From Paracoccaceae bacterium (GTDB lineage: Bacteria > Pseudomonadota > Alphaproteobacteria > Rhodobacterales > Rhodobacteraceae): a DNA stretch of 64,000 nt. Positions 38,874-47,794 of this stretch are shown here, piece by piece (position 1 is the stretch's first letter; each line of letters opens with the position of its first letter). The notes beneath the pieces are model-generated. The model was not told where the DNA came from. It saw nothing but the letters and a program-made list of their open reading frames with translations, and searched no databases. Where the stretch lies: positions 2,505-66,504 of the forward strand of contig JAAEZA010000018.1 of assembly GCA_018223125.1 (NCBI GenBank), in the 5' to 3' direction. Position numbers and translations under genes: made by a program.

Positions 38874-38908
38874 TCCTTATCAACTGTCCCGCGTTAACGC
38901 GCGGGGGC

Positions 38909-39064
38909 TTAACTGGACGCCTGATCCACACAACTGCCGGTCTGGGCATCCCAGCTTTGCCCTGTCGGGCAGGATGCGGCGGTGTCATGGGAACTGTTGC
39001 AACCGGCCGCGAAAGACAGGGCAGGTGTCAGCATCAACAGGGTGGAAAGCAGAATTGTTTTCAT
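38909..39064 (-). CDS. small secreted/lipoprotein-like Cys-containing peptide
   Basis: ORF 38909..39091. From MKTILLSTLLMLTPALSFAAGC there is a signal peptide with a lipobox-like AAGC. The mature part is ~30 aa with a C-x13-C pair. Confidence 0.5.
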   Translation of the reverse strand: MKTILLSTLLMLTPALSFAAGCNSSHDTAASCPTGQSWDAQTGSCVDQASS

Positions 39065-39145
39065 CTTCAAACCTCCTAATGGGGCAAGCATAGCAGATTT
39101 GTTACGGATTTTCGATGAAAAGCTGATGGCGGCGCAAGCTTCGCC

Positions 39146-39583
39146 CTAACGCAGGCCGATATCTGCCAGTGCCAGTGCCAGTTCCTTGGGCAGTTCGTCA
39201 TCGGATTTGCGGGAATCCGGCAGGTCGGCAGGGGCGTCTTCGGGCTTTAGATAGCGCCAGCCCTGAAACGGGCGGCGCGGTGCGCTGGACGTGCGGATCA
39301 GTCTCGGCTCCATCAAAATGGCACAGCGGCGCACACCGTCAGCCCCTGTAACCTCGTCCAGTCGCACGATATTCTGGCGCGCCTGTACAAAGCCCTTGAT
39401 CACCCAGTAAAGCGAGCCGCCGTTCAGCAATGCCTCTTCCTGTTTGGGCCACATGCGGGTGATATGGCTGGACAGATAGGTCCGCCCTCCGGCTTTCGCC
39501 CGCAGTGCGATTGCGCTTTCCAGATCCTCATAGCTGTCGATGCCGACGCAAAGCTTGATCAAGTTGATGTGTGATTTTGACAT
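39146..39583 (-). CDS. DUF1489-family protein
   Basis: The N-terminal INLIKLCVGIDSYEDL and the overall 145-aa size match my recollection of DUF1489. Confidence 0.65.
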   Translation of the reverse strand: MSKSHINLIKLCVGIDSYEDLESAIALRAKAGGRTYLSSHITRMWPKQEEALLNGGSLYWVIKGFVQARQNIVRLDEVTGADGVRRCAILMEPRLIRTSSAPRRPFQGWRYLKPEDAPADLPDSRKSDDELPKELALALADIGLR

Positions 39584-39587
39584 GGTA

Positions 39588-39603
39588 TCGCTAGATATAG
39601 TAT
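39588..39603. promoter_or_regulatory. NrdR-box-like palindrome upstream of nrdJ (candidate)
   Basis: TCGCTAGATATAGTAT matches about 12 of 16 positions of the NrdR box consensus acaCwAtATaTwGtgt. No properly spaced second box was found. Confidence 0.25.
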
Positions 39604-39741
39604 GATTAACGCCAAATTAAAGCGATTCCTTTGCAAGTGAAAGCGCAATAGCAGCCCAGAATCGTTTGACGCCTCGTGACTCAACATCTAGGAACGGGGC
39701 TCCGCCAGACAACCATACGACCGAACACAAGGCTTACCGAT

Positions 39742-42006
39742 ATGACCTCTTTTTCTGCTCCGATTGCCGAGCAAATCTGGGATATGAAATACCGTTTCAA
39801 GGACGCATCGGGCAAACCGATCGACGAGACCGTAGAGGACAGCTGGCGCCGTGTGGCCCGTGCGCTGGCCAAGGTGGAAGACAAGCCGGACGTTTGGGAA
39901 GAGCGTTTTTACGATGCGCTGGAAGGGTTCAAGTTCCTGCCTGCGGGTCGCATTCTTGCCGGTGCGGGGACAGAACGTTCCGTAACCCTGTTCAACTGTT
40001 TTGTGATGGGCACCATTCCCGACAGTATGGCCGGTATTTTCGATATGCTGAAAGAGGCCGCGCTGACCATGCAGCAGGGCGGGGGAATCGGCTATGATTT
40101 CTCTCCGATCCGCCCCAAAGGGGCCGAAGTGAAGGGTGTTGCGGCGGATGCCTCCGGTCCGCTGTCTTTCATGGATGTGTGGGACGCCATGTGCCGCACC
40201 ATCATGTCCGCCGGTTCCCGTCGGGGTGCGATGATGGCCACCATGCGCTGCGATCACCCCGATGTGGAAGATTTCATCACGGCCAAACAGGACAGCGCCC
40301 GCCTGCGGATGTTCAACCTGTCGGTGCTGGTTTCCGACCCTTTCATGGAAGCGGTGAAAGCGGACGGCCCTTGGGATCTGACATGGGGCGACAAGGTTTA
40401 TAAAACCGTACAGGCGCGGGATCTGTGGAACCGGATCATGCAGTCCACTTATGACTATGCCGAACCGGGTGTGATTTTCATCGACCGGATCAACCAGAAG
40501 AACAACCTCAACTACTGTGAAACCATTGCGGCCACCAACCCGTGCGGTGAACAGCCGCTGCCGCCCTATGGTGCCTGTCTGCTCGGCTCGATCAATCTGG
40601 CGACGCTGATTGAAAACGCCTTTGAAGGCAACGCTGCCCTGAACGGAAAAGCGCTGGACGATCTGGTGGCAACAGCCGTGCGGATGATGGACAACGTGGT
40701 AGATGCCAGCCAGTTTCCATTGGAAGAACAGCGTGTTGAAGCCCATGCCAAGCGCCGGATCGGTCTTGGCGTGACCGGACTTGCCGATGCGCTGCTGATG
40801 GTTGGTGCCCGCTATGGTTCAGAAGAAGGCGCTGCCCTGACCGAAGACTGGATGGGCCGCATTGCCCGTGCCGCCTATCGCGCCTCGGCCCGTCTGGCCG
40901 CAGAAAAGGGCGCATTCCCGCTTTATGATGCCAAGTCGTTTCTGGACAACGACTCCATGCAGTCGATGGACGAGGAAACCCGCGCACTGGTGGCCGAGCA
41001 CGGCATCCGCAACGCGCTGCTGACCAGCGTTGCCCCGACCGGAACCATCAGCCTTTATGCAGGCAACGTTTCCAGTGGTATCGAACCGGTGTTTGCCTAT
41101 TCCTACACCCGCAAGGTGTTGCAAAACGATGGGTCCCGTTCCGAAGAAGAAGTGGTGGATTACGCGGTAGACCTGTGGCGTCAGAAATTCGGCGATAAAG
41201 AACTGCCTGATTACTTTGTGAACGCCCAGACGCTCGCCCCGCTGGATCATGTCCGTATGCAGGCAGCGGCGCAGAAATGGATCGACAGTTCCATTTCCAA
41301 GACCATCAACTGCCCCGAAGATATTTCGTTCGAGGATTTCAAAGAGGTCTATATGGCCGCTTGGGATCAGGGCTGTAAGGGCTGCACCACATATCGCCCC
41401 AATGATGTAACTGGCTCGGTGCTAAGCGTTTCCGAAGAGACAGAGACCGCACCGGAAATCGACACAGGCGCGGATGTGGTCTATATCGCTGAACCCCTGG
41501 ACCGTCCCGAGGCGCTGGATGGCCACACCTACAAGATGAAATGGCCCGAATCCGAACATGCCATCTACATCACGATCAACGACATCATCCAGAACGAGCA
41601 GCGTCGTCCGTTTGAAGTGTTCATCAACTCCAAAAACATGGAACATTACGCATGGACACTGGCGCTGACACGGATGATTTCCGCTGTCTTCCGGCGCGGT
41701 GGCGATGTCTCCTTCGTGGTCGAGGAACTGAAAGCCGTGTTCGATCCGCGCGGTGGTGCTTGGGTGCGGGGGAAATACATCCCTTCCATGCTGGCCGCGA
41801 TCGGTAGTGTGATCGAGGAACACATGATCCGCATCGGCTTTATCAACGGGGAAGGGCAACACCTGAAAACCGACCCCCATGCCGAGATCATCCAGATGAA
41901 CAGCCCCGCCCGCGGCAAAAGCTGCCCCAGCTGTGGTGGCATGGGGCTGCAAATGGTCGAAGGCTGTATGACCTGTCTGGATTGCGGCCACTCCAAATGC
42001 GGCTGA
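39742..42006 (+). CDS. nrdJ: adenosylcobalamin-dependent (class II) ribonucleotide reductase
   Basis: ORF 39676..42006, with the likely start at ATG 39742 (MTSFSAPIAEQIWDMKYRF). It has the thiyl-radical loop TNPCGEQPLPPYGACLLGS and a C-terminal Cys4 ribbon (CPSCGG...CLDCGHSKCG). Confidence 0.9.
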   Translation: MTSFSAPIAEQIWDMKYRFKDASGKPIDETVEDSWRRVARALAKVEDKPDVWEERFYDALEGFKFLPAGRILAGAGTERSVTLFNCFVMGTIPDSMAGIFDMLKEAALTMQQGGGIGYDFSPIRPKGAEVKGVAADASGPLSFMDVWDAMCRTIMSAGSRRGAMMATMRCDHPDVEDFITAKQDSARLRMFNLSVLVSDPFMEAVKADGPWDLTWGDKVYKTVQARDLWNRIMQSTYDYAEPGVIFIDRINQKNNLNYCETIAATNPCGEQPLPPYGACLLGSINLATLIENAFEGNAALNGKALDDLVATAVRMMDNVVDASQFPLEEQRVEAHAKRRIGLGVTGLADALLMVGARYGSEEGAALTEDWMGRIARAAYRASARLAAEKGAFPLYDAKSFLDNDSMQSMDEETRALVAEHGIRNALLTSVAPTGTISLYAGNVSSGIEPVFAYSYTRKVLQNDGSRSEEEVVDYAVDLWRQKFGDKELPDYFVNAQTLAPLDHVRMQAAAQKWIDSSISKTINCPEDISFEDFKEVYMAAWDQGCKGCTTYRPNDVTGSVLSVSEETETAPEIDTGADVVYIAEPLDRPEALDGHTYKMKWPESEHAIYITINDIIQNEQRRPFEVFINSKNMEHYAWTLALTRMISAVFRRGGDVSFVVEELKAVFDPRGGAWVRGKYIPSMLAAIGSVIEEHMIRIGFINGEGQHLKTDPHAEIIQMNSPARGKSCPSCGGMGLQMVEGCMTCLDCGHSKCG

Positions 42007-42028
42007 TGTAGGGATAGGTTCAGTTTGT

Positions 42029-42160
42029 CGATGCGGGCATAGTTATGCCAAAACCCCCGGTTTAGTTTGCCACGAAACGGGATTAGTTTTGCCATAGGCA
42101 TCTAATGTACTGAATTATAAAGGTTTTGGCCGAATGTGAAATTTTGGCCAAAACAGACCA
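42029..42160 (+). repeat. iteron-like direct repeats (three 22-bp phased units) plus TTTTGGCC(AAAA) motifs
   Basis: The three units end in GCCA at 42050, 42072 and 42094, exactly 22 bp apart, with core TAGTTwTGCCA. Related GGTTTTGGCC lies at 42122-42131. The perfect palindrome TTTTGGCCAAAA lies at 42143-42154. Confidence 0.6.
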
Positions 42161-42301
42161 AAAAGCGTGAACTGGCGGCACAAAAGACATAAGGCATCAA
42201 GAAGACTGCCGTGTCACTGCATCGCACACCGAGGCGACTGGGGTAGGTTGTTTGTCAACTGTACCTTGCGAGAGACTGGATGTCTTACTCATCCTTGGTC
42301 C

Positions 42302-42664
42302 ATGAAAGATGTGATGGCCGAGAAACTCTCCGTTGCCCTTAGATCAATTCCCGCGCGCCGGGCGCTGGCAAAAGCCGGTTCCAGTTTTCTTGGTTTCCTT
42401 TATGGATGCGAGACTTTGGCATTCTTAATCGGGAAAATTGCTTTCAAAACCGTCACTTGGAAACAATCTTCCACTGGCGATTCCTTCCCCTACAGGATTG
42501 AAGCGCTTAAACGCGGTGCAAGGGTTGTTCAAATTTCACGTTCAGACTGGCGCTTAATGGGCGTTTTGACGACTGTAGCGAATGGCAACAATGCGGGCCG
42601 CGATTGCAGCAGCCAAGCCCGGTGCTGGGATGTACCAGCTGCTTCACCCGTCAGGTTAGACTGA
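42302..42664 (+). CDS. hypothetical protein (weakly supported)
   Basis: Part of ORF 42167..42664, starting at internal ATG 42302 (MKDVMAEK...). It has no recognisable motif and mid-range GC without clear codon bias. Confidence 0.25.
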   Translation: MKDVMAEKLSVALRSIPARRALAKAGSSFLGFLYGCETLAFLIGKIAFKTVTWKQSSTGDSFPYRIEALKRGARVVQISRSDWRLMGVLTTVANGNNAGRDCSSQARCWDVPAASPVRLD

Positions 42665-42684
42665 GCTTAGTGGCTCTGCCTTGA

Positions 42685-44658
42685 TCAAAAGGTGAAGGAC
42701 TCGCGAAGACGTCGTGCTTCTTCCACGTTGAGTTCGGTGAGAGAGGTTTCGCACCATGTCATCAAAGCATCAGGTCCACACATAAACACGTCTCGATCAC
42801 TTAGGTTTGCGACGGATTGAATATCGTCGACCTGAATGCGCCTTTCTTCAAGCCGTAACACGTTGTCAGAGTGCGTTTGATGCAAACCGTCCCGTACGGA
42901 TTGTGCTGTGGAGCGGGCGGGCTTGCCGCTTTGAAACCCGATAATGCTAAGCTTCACGTGTTTTGGAAGCGGGGTATGCTGCGCGCCAAAGTGTTTCAAG
43001 ACGCTGATGTCGTCACCGCGCCCGGCAAACAGAAGCACGATGTCGGTCGAAATCTGGTCCGGGTATGCGGCCGCGACTTGCAGGATACCGTCCCAAAACG
43101 ACATGAAAGGCGTGATGCCAACCCCGCCGGCGATCCAAAGCATCTGTGACGGGATTCTTGGCGTGCTGCCATCAAGAGCGTCATTGAAACAGGAAAAGCC
43201 CTTACCGGTGCCCTTGAATGCGACGGGTAGCTTGCTCGAGATCAGTTTGTCGGCGTTGTCGTGTAGGACATTGGACATCAAGCCGTTTGGCTTGCGCTTG
43301 ATCGTAACGCTAACCTGATCGGTCGCACGAAACGCATTGGTGTTAGGATCAAACTTGGGCGTGCTCGATAGCGTCCAAGTGCGGACATAGTCTTCGTTCA
43401 CTAATTGCGGGTTGGATTCATTCATGTGGCTGTAGCCGACGTCCAAAATGTCCGAGAAGTCGAAGACACCGAACCCACCAGGCAAAGGTGCATTGATGGG
43501 CGATGAGAGCCTGAAGTTGAATGTCTTTATATTGTCGGAAAGAATTTGTGTTGATTCAAGCGTAGCCGAGATCGCGGCGGCGCTGTCGTTGGCCACAACA
43601 GCACGCCCCGTCTGCTCCAATTCTTGACGCAACAGCCTGACGGGCGGATTATAGGGAGAGAGCTGCTCCTCGGATATCAGTTTCAGGTTCAGCCCTTCTT
43701 TGACCATAACCGCTCCCGTCACCTTGATCCGCGACAGCAGATTGGTGCGTGGCATCAGGGCTTCGGCATCATCGTCGAGCAGGTTTTTAGCCTCTCCCGT
43801 GACATAAAGCACATGACCCGTGATGAAATCGGGGAACACGAGGCCGACCTGTGGGTCCGTCTCGACGTTGCCCAGAGATTGGTAAAAACGATTGCCGGAA
43901 TGGTCCGGCAAAGCCAGATAAGTCGTGATTTGATCGCCATCATTCTCTTCGTAGATGCGGGTAAAGCCCGGCGCGCCGCCGCGATGGTTAACTCCCATAT
44001 CGGTTTGAATGTCCGAAGCATTGTCCGGCGCGATATGTTTGGTGGCCAGAAAGACGGTGCTTGCGCGATCAACAACGGTTTTGGCCGCCTCGGGCAGGGC
44101 AGAGGTGATGGTATCAGAACCGTCAAAAGAAAGTTTCGCCTTGCGTTGTATATGCGCCAGTTTGCGCAGGGTAATGTATTTCGGGCAATTCCCGAGATGT
44201 TGGTCAGAGAGAAGCCGAAGGCGAACCTTGCCGGTGTCTTCAATGCTCGCGTGGCTGATTGCGCCGGCAATCTTGTTGCGTCGACGGTTGGCGAAATCAA
44301 TGCCGACCCCCGCAAAAAGGCGCTTTGTATCGCCCGTTGCGGGCGCTTGCTGCAAGGCTTGCGCGAACGGGTCAAAGGGGTTGGTTTCGGCCAAGATGTC
44401 CGTTGTGTTTCCCCCCGACACCGTGATCCCGACAGATGGATCGTTGTCCGATCGCGTGACCAGAAGGCTCACCCAGGGGCGCCCGTGTTGGTCGAGCGTT
44501 GCCAAAGGCAGATAGGATAGACCTGCAAAGAAATCTGCATGCTGCCGTGGCATGTCGCTGCTGATATAATGGGGAATTCCATCCGAAACCTCTTGGGGTG
44601 TGTTGCGCCGTTTTTGCAGCAGCAACTCCCCTTTATGGGACCTGTGTTTTTGCGTCAT
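42685..44658 (-). CDS. fusion oxidoreductase: two PNPOx-like FMN-binding split-barrel domains + ferredoxin-reductase-type FAD/NAD(P) module
   Basis: 657 aa. The N-terminal half has two PNPOx-like segments (LATLDQHGRPWVSLL... and VFLATKH...NHRGGAPGF...). The C-terminal half has FNR motifs RTWTLSS (R-x-Y-S/T type), WIAGGVGITPF, and FMCGP. Confidence 0.8.
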   Translation of the reverse strand: MTQKHRSHKGELLLQKRRNTPQEVSDGIPHYISSDMPRQHADFFAGLSYLPLATLDQHGRPWVSLLVTRSDNDPSVGITVSGGNTTDILAETNPFDPFAQALQQAPATGDTKRLFAGVGIDFANRRRNKIAGAISHASIEDTGKVRLRLLSDQHLGNCPKYITLRKLAHIQRKAKLSFDGSDTITSALPEAAKTVVDRASTVFLATKHIAPDNASDIQTDMGVNHRGGAPGFTRIYEENDGDQITTYLALPDHSGNRFYQSLGNVETDPQVGLVFPDFITGHVLYVTGEAKNLLDDDAEALMPRTNLLSRIKVTGAVMVKEGLNLKLISEEQLSPYNPPVRLLRQELEQTGRAVVANDSAAAISATLESTQILSDNIKTFNFRLSSPINAPLPGGFGVFDFSDILDVGYSHMNESNPQLVNEDYVRTWTLSSTPKFDPNTNAFRATDQVSVTIKRKPNGLMSNVLHDNADKLISSKLPVAFKGTGKGFSCFNDALDGSTPRIPSQMLWIAGGVGITPFMSFWDGILQVAAAYPDQISTDIVLLFAGRGDDISVLKHFGAQHTPLPKHVKLSIIGFQSGKPARSTAQSVRDGLHQTHSDNVLRLEERRIQVDDIQSVANLSDRDVFMCGPDALMTWCETSLTELNVEEARRLRESFTF

Positions 44659-44720
44659 GGGCTGATCTCTCCACGCTTAGTGTTTGTTGCGGGGGCTTTA
44701 CGATGCCCCCGGCTGGTAAA

Positions 44721-45197
44721 TCAGAGACCCAAATCGCTCAGGCTCGGGTGGTCATCCGGGCGACGTCCCAGTGGCCAGTGGAATTTTCGATCCGCCTCTG
44801 CGATCGGGTGTTCGTTGATGCTGGCGAACCGGCGTTCCATGAAGCCGTTTTCGTCGAACTCCCAGTTTTCGTTACCATAGGCACGGAACCAGTTGCCGCT
44901 GTCGTCACGGTATTCATAGGCATAACGTACCGCTATGCGGTTGCCGTCATGGGCCCAGAGTTCCTTGATCAATCGATAGTCCAGTTCCTTGGCCCATTTG
45001 CGCGTCAGGAACTCCTCGATCTGGGCGCGGCCTTCGGGAAACTCCGCCCGATTGCGCCACTTGCTGTCAGGCGTGTAGGCAAGCGCGACCTTGGCCGGGT
45101 CGCGGCCATTCCATCCGTCTTCGGCGAGACGGGCTTTTTCGATCGCGGTTTCTTTGGTGAAGGGCGGCAATGGGTGGCGGGGGGCTTCGGTGGTCAT
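44721..45197 (-). CDS. DUF1348 (NTF2/SnoaL-like) family protein
   Basis: 158 aa containing [29 protein letters not shown]...[10 protein letters not shown], as in DUF1348. There is a 4-nt overlap with the GST gene. Confidence 0.8.
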   Translation of the reverse strand: MTTEAPRHPLPPFTKETAIEKARLAEDGWNGRDPAKVALAYTPDSKWRNRAEFPEGRAQIEEFLTRKWAKELDYRLIKELWAHDGNRIAVRYAYEYRDDSGNWFRAYGNENWEFDENGFMERRFASINEHPIAEADRKFHWPLGRRPDDHPSLSDLGL

Positions 45198-45832
45198 GTC
45201 AATTCACCTTCTTCAGCCGCAAGGCCGACTGGCGTTGCGGGCATGGGTTCAAACCCGGGCAAGGCTTCAAACCGGGCAAGCCATGCGCGCACGTTCGGAT
45301 AGGGGGCAAGCGATACGTTTCCCTCAGGCGCATGGGCGGTATAGGAATAGGTCGCAACGTCGGCGATGGTCGGGCGATCCCCGACAAGCCAGTCGCAACC
45401 CTCAAGCCCCTGTTCCAGTTTCTGCATCGCTTTTGCGGCGGTTTCGGCCGCGAAATCCGCATCCAGTGGCGCACCAAACACGGTGATCAAGCGCGCGGCA
45501 CAAGACCCAAAGGCAATTTCACCAGCCGCGAGGGTTAGCCAACGTTGCACATTCGCCTCACCAAGGGCGGTGTCGGGGATCCAGTCGGGCGCGTAAGCCC
45601 GCGCAAGATAGACAAGGATCGCATTGGAATCCGGCACAGTGACGTCGCCATCTTCTAGAACCGGCACTTGCCCATTCGGGTTCATCGCCAGAAATTCGGG
45701 CGACTTATGTGCGCCTGCTGCCAGATCAACGGGCACGACCTCATGGGCGATCCCTGCAAGTTTGGCAAAGACCAAGGCGCGATGTGCGTGCCCTGATTTA
45801 GCGAAATGATGAATGCGAACGGCGGTTGGCAT
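45194..45832 (-). CDS. glutathione S-transferase family protein
   Basis: The thioredoxin-like N-domain contains [17 protein letters not shown]...[10 protein letters not shown]. The C-terminal domain is helical. Confidence 0.85.
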   Translation of the reverse strand: MPTAVRIHHFAKSGHAHRALVFAKLAGIAHEVVPVDLAAGAHKSPEFLAMNPNGQVPVLEDGDVTVPDSNAILVYLARAYAPDWIPDTALGEANVQRWLTLAAGEIAFGSCAARLITVFGAPLDADFAAETAAKAMQKLEQGLEGCDWLVGDRPTIADVATYSYTAHAPEGNVSLAPYPNVRAWLARFEALPGFEPMPATPVGLAAEEGELT

Positions 45833-45938
45833 GGGTGTCTCCAGTCATATTGTTGTCTTGGGTAGAGATACCTGCTGCATAGTATTGTGATAATCGTCAT
45901 TTTTGGTGTAAGTTTAGGCCCTGAGGGGGCGCAATAAC

Positions 45939-46838
45939 ATGGACAAGATTGATCGTATGCGCGCCTTTGCGCTGGTCGCAAAAAACGCGTCATTCACCGT
46001 CGCGGCGCAGCGGATGGGGCGCTCTGCGCGTTTGGTCAGCAAATATGTGGCCGATCTGGAAAACGCGCTCGGTGTGCAATTGCTCAACCGCACAACGCGC
46101 AGTGTGGCTTTGACAGATGCGGGGGCGACATATCTGGCGCTGTGCGCTCCGCTGCTCGATGGGTTTGATGAGCTTGAGGAACGCGTCAAGAATGAACAGA
46201 CCTCTCTGCGCGGCGTAATCCACATTTCCGCGCCCACCGGCTTTGGCGCGTTGCGTCTTGCGCCCTCGCTCGCGCGATTTGCCGAGAAACACCCGCATGT
46301 GGAGCTTGATCTGCAATTCTCGGACAGGCTGGTCTCAATCGTGGAGGAGGGGATCGACCTCGCGATCCGAATTGCGCCGATGCGCGATAGCTCTTTCAAA
46401 ATGCGGCAGCTTGGCCTCATGCCCTTGGTCGTCTGTGCATCGCCGGCCTATCTGGAGCGTGCAGGAACGCCGCTCCATCCCCGCACTTTGGCCACCCACG
46501 AGTGTATTCTTGATGGCAATATTACAGAGCCGACCGTTTGGAGATTTGACATCGACGGCCAGGAAGAAGCGGTGCAAGTGAACGGGCGCTTTCGCATGAG
46601 CGCGCCGGCAGGATCCGCCCGCATCGCCGCAGCGGGCGCTGCAATCGCGCGATGCCCAGCCTACACGATTGCAGAAGCCTTGAAGTCCGGCGATCTAGTC
46701 GAACTTTTTGCCGAGCACCGCGTCGCACCCTATCCTGTGGCGGCACTTTTCCCGCAAAACCGGCACCTCACGACACGCGTGCGTCGACTCATTGATCACC
46801 TCGCGGCTGATCCGGCATTATGTCCTGATGGCGCATGA
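45939..46838 (+). CDS. LysR-family transcriptional regulator
   Basis: N-terminal HTH (FTVAAQRMGRSARLVSKYVADLENALGVQLLNRTTR) plus a LysR substrate-binding domain. It is divergent from the GST operon. Confidence 0.9.
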   Translation: MDKIDRMRAFALVAKNASFTVAAQRMGRSARLVSKYVADLENALGVQLLNRTTRSVALTDAGATYLALCAPLLDGFDELEERVKNEQTSLRGVIHISAPTGFGALRLAPSLARFAEKHPHVELDLQFSDRLVSIVEEGIDLAIRIAPMRDSSFKMRQLGLMPLVVCASPAYLERAGTPLHPRTLATHECILDGNITEPTVWRFDIDGQEEAVQVNGRFRMSAPAGSARIAAAGAAIARCPAYTIAEALKSGDLVELFAEHRVAPYPVAALFPQNRHLTTRVRRLIDHLAADPALCPDGA

Positions 46839-47012
46839 AGCCGCTCTTGTTGAACTGGTCGTTGGTGCCTTACGTCGCCAGAATTACGAGACCGAGCGGC
46901 ACAGGTGTAGATGGTGGATGTAAGGCCATGGTGAGCTACTCCTCCGAATTTCGGACACTGACATAAGCTACGATTTGCAGTCTGCTGATCTTCGATGAGA
47001 AAGAGATCATGG

Positions 47013-47322
47013 ATGTCGAAACGCAAACAACACGCGCCTGAGTTCAAGGCGAAGGTCGCGCTGGAAGCCCTGAAGGGCGAGGAGACCGCCGCCGAGCTGG
47101 CGAGCCGGTTCGGGGTGCATCTGTTACCGGCAGGTGTTTGCATGCAAACACCGAGAGGCGACGATGATCCATCAATGGAAACGTGCGCTGCTCGAAAGTG
47201 CGTCCGGCGTATTCGAGCGCGGGGTTCGCAAGACGCCCAAGATTGACGAAGAGCAGGTGAAGGAGCTTCACGCCAAGATCGGGCAGTTGGCATTGGCCAA
47301 CTCTTTTTTGAGCGAAAGCTGA
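47013..47322 (+). pseudogene. IS3-family transposase orfA, frame-disrupted
   Basis: [36 protein letters not shown] (frame of 46995) resumes as [21 protein letters not shown]...KELHAKIGQLALANSFL in the +1 frame (47134..47322) after an inserted segment. Confidence 0.75.
47122..47158. repeat. ~37-nt insertion containing a perfect 20-bp palindrome inside orfA
   Basis: GGTGTTTGCATGCAAACACC (47133-47152) is a perfect palindrome. The insertion limits are inferred from the expected GVH-P-TMIHQW junction, and the length is congruent with the observed +1 frame change. Confidence 0.6.
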
Positions 47323-47338
47323 AGCTCTGGGGCGTGAA

Positions 47339-47794
47339 GTGAGGTCCGGCATGATCGAGCCGGCCCACCCGAACCTGTCTATCGGCCAGCAGTGCAGGCT
47401 GCTGTCGATCGCGCGCTCGTCTTTCTACTACAAACCTAAGGGCGAGACCGAGCAGAACCTCGGCCTGATGCGGCGGATCGATGAGCCGTTTCTGGAGACG
47501 CCGTTCTTCGGTGTCCGCCAGATGACTTGGCATTTGCGCAACGACGGCCTTTTGGTGAACGAGAAACGGATACGCCGGCTAATGCGCCTGATGGGGCTGA
47601 TGCCGATCTACCAAAAGCCCATCACGAGCAGGCCTGCGAAAGGGCACAAGACGTATCCCTACCTGCTGAGAGATCTGCGGGTGGAGCGTCCGAACCAGGT
47701 CTGGTGCTCGGATATCACCTATCTGCCCATGCGCCGAGGATTCCTGTATCCTGTCGCCATTATGGATTGGCACACCCGTAAGGTGCTGTCCTGA
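47339..47794 (+). pseudogene. IS3-family transposase orfB, 3'-truncated (DDE core lost)
   Basis: The ORF reads ...MIEPAHPNLSIGQQCRLLSIARSSFYY...NQVWCSDITYLPMRRGFLYPVAIMDWHTRKVLS then stops. Only the first catalytic Asp region is present, while full-length orfB is about twice this length. Confidence 0.8.

Larger units (their letters stand above)
46932..47794 (+). mobile_element. decayed IS3-family insertion sequence (left end + disrupted orfA + truncated orfB)
   Basis: A TGAGCTACTCC... terminus-like sequence starts near 46932. The element carries an orfA-type HTH protein and the N-terminal third of an orfB transposase. Homology ends near 47794 and no right inverted repeat was seen. The left boundary is approximate. 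Confidence 0.75.

Noticed and set aside
39584-39741. Possible cobalamin riboswitch in front of the B12-dependent nrdJ
   Set aside because: The region is too short (~160 nt) and I could not find a B12-box-like core. B12 riboswitches normally repress B12-independent enzymes or transport and biosynthesis genes, not class II RNR.
41646-42101. 151-aa minus-strand ORF starting in the repeat array and running into the nrdJ 3' end
   Set aside because: Most of it is antisense to the nrdJ C-terminal zinc-ribbon region. The only unique part is the 22-bp repeat array, which is better explained as non-coding repeats.
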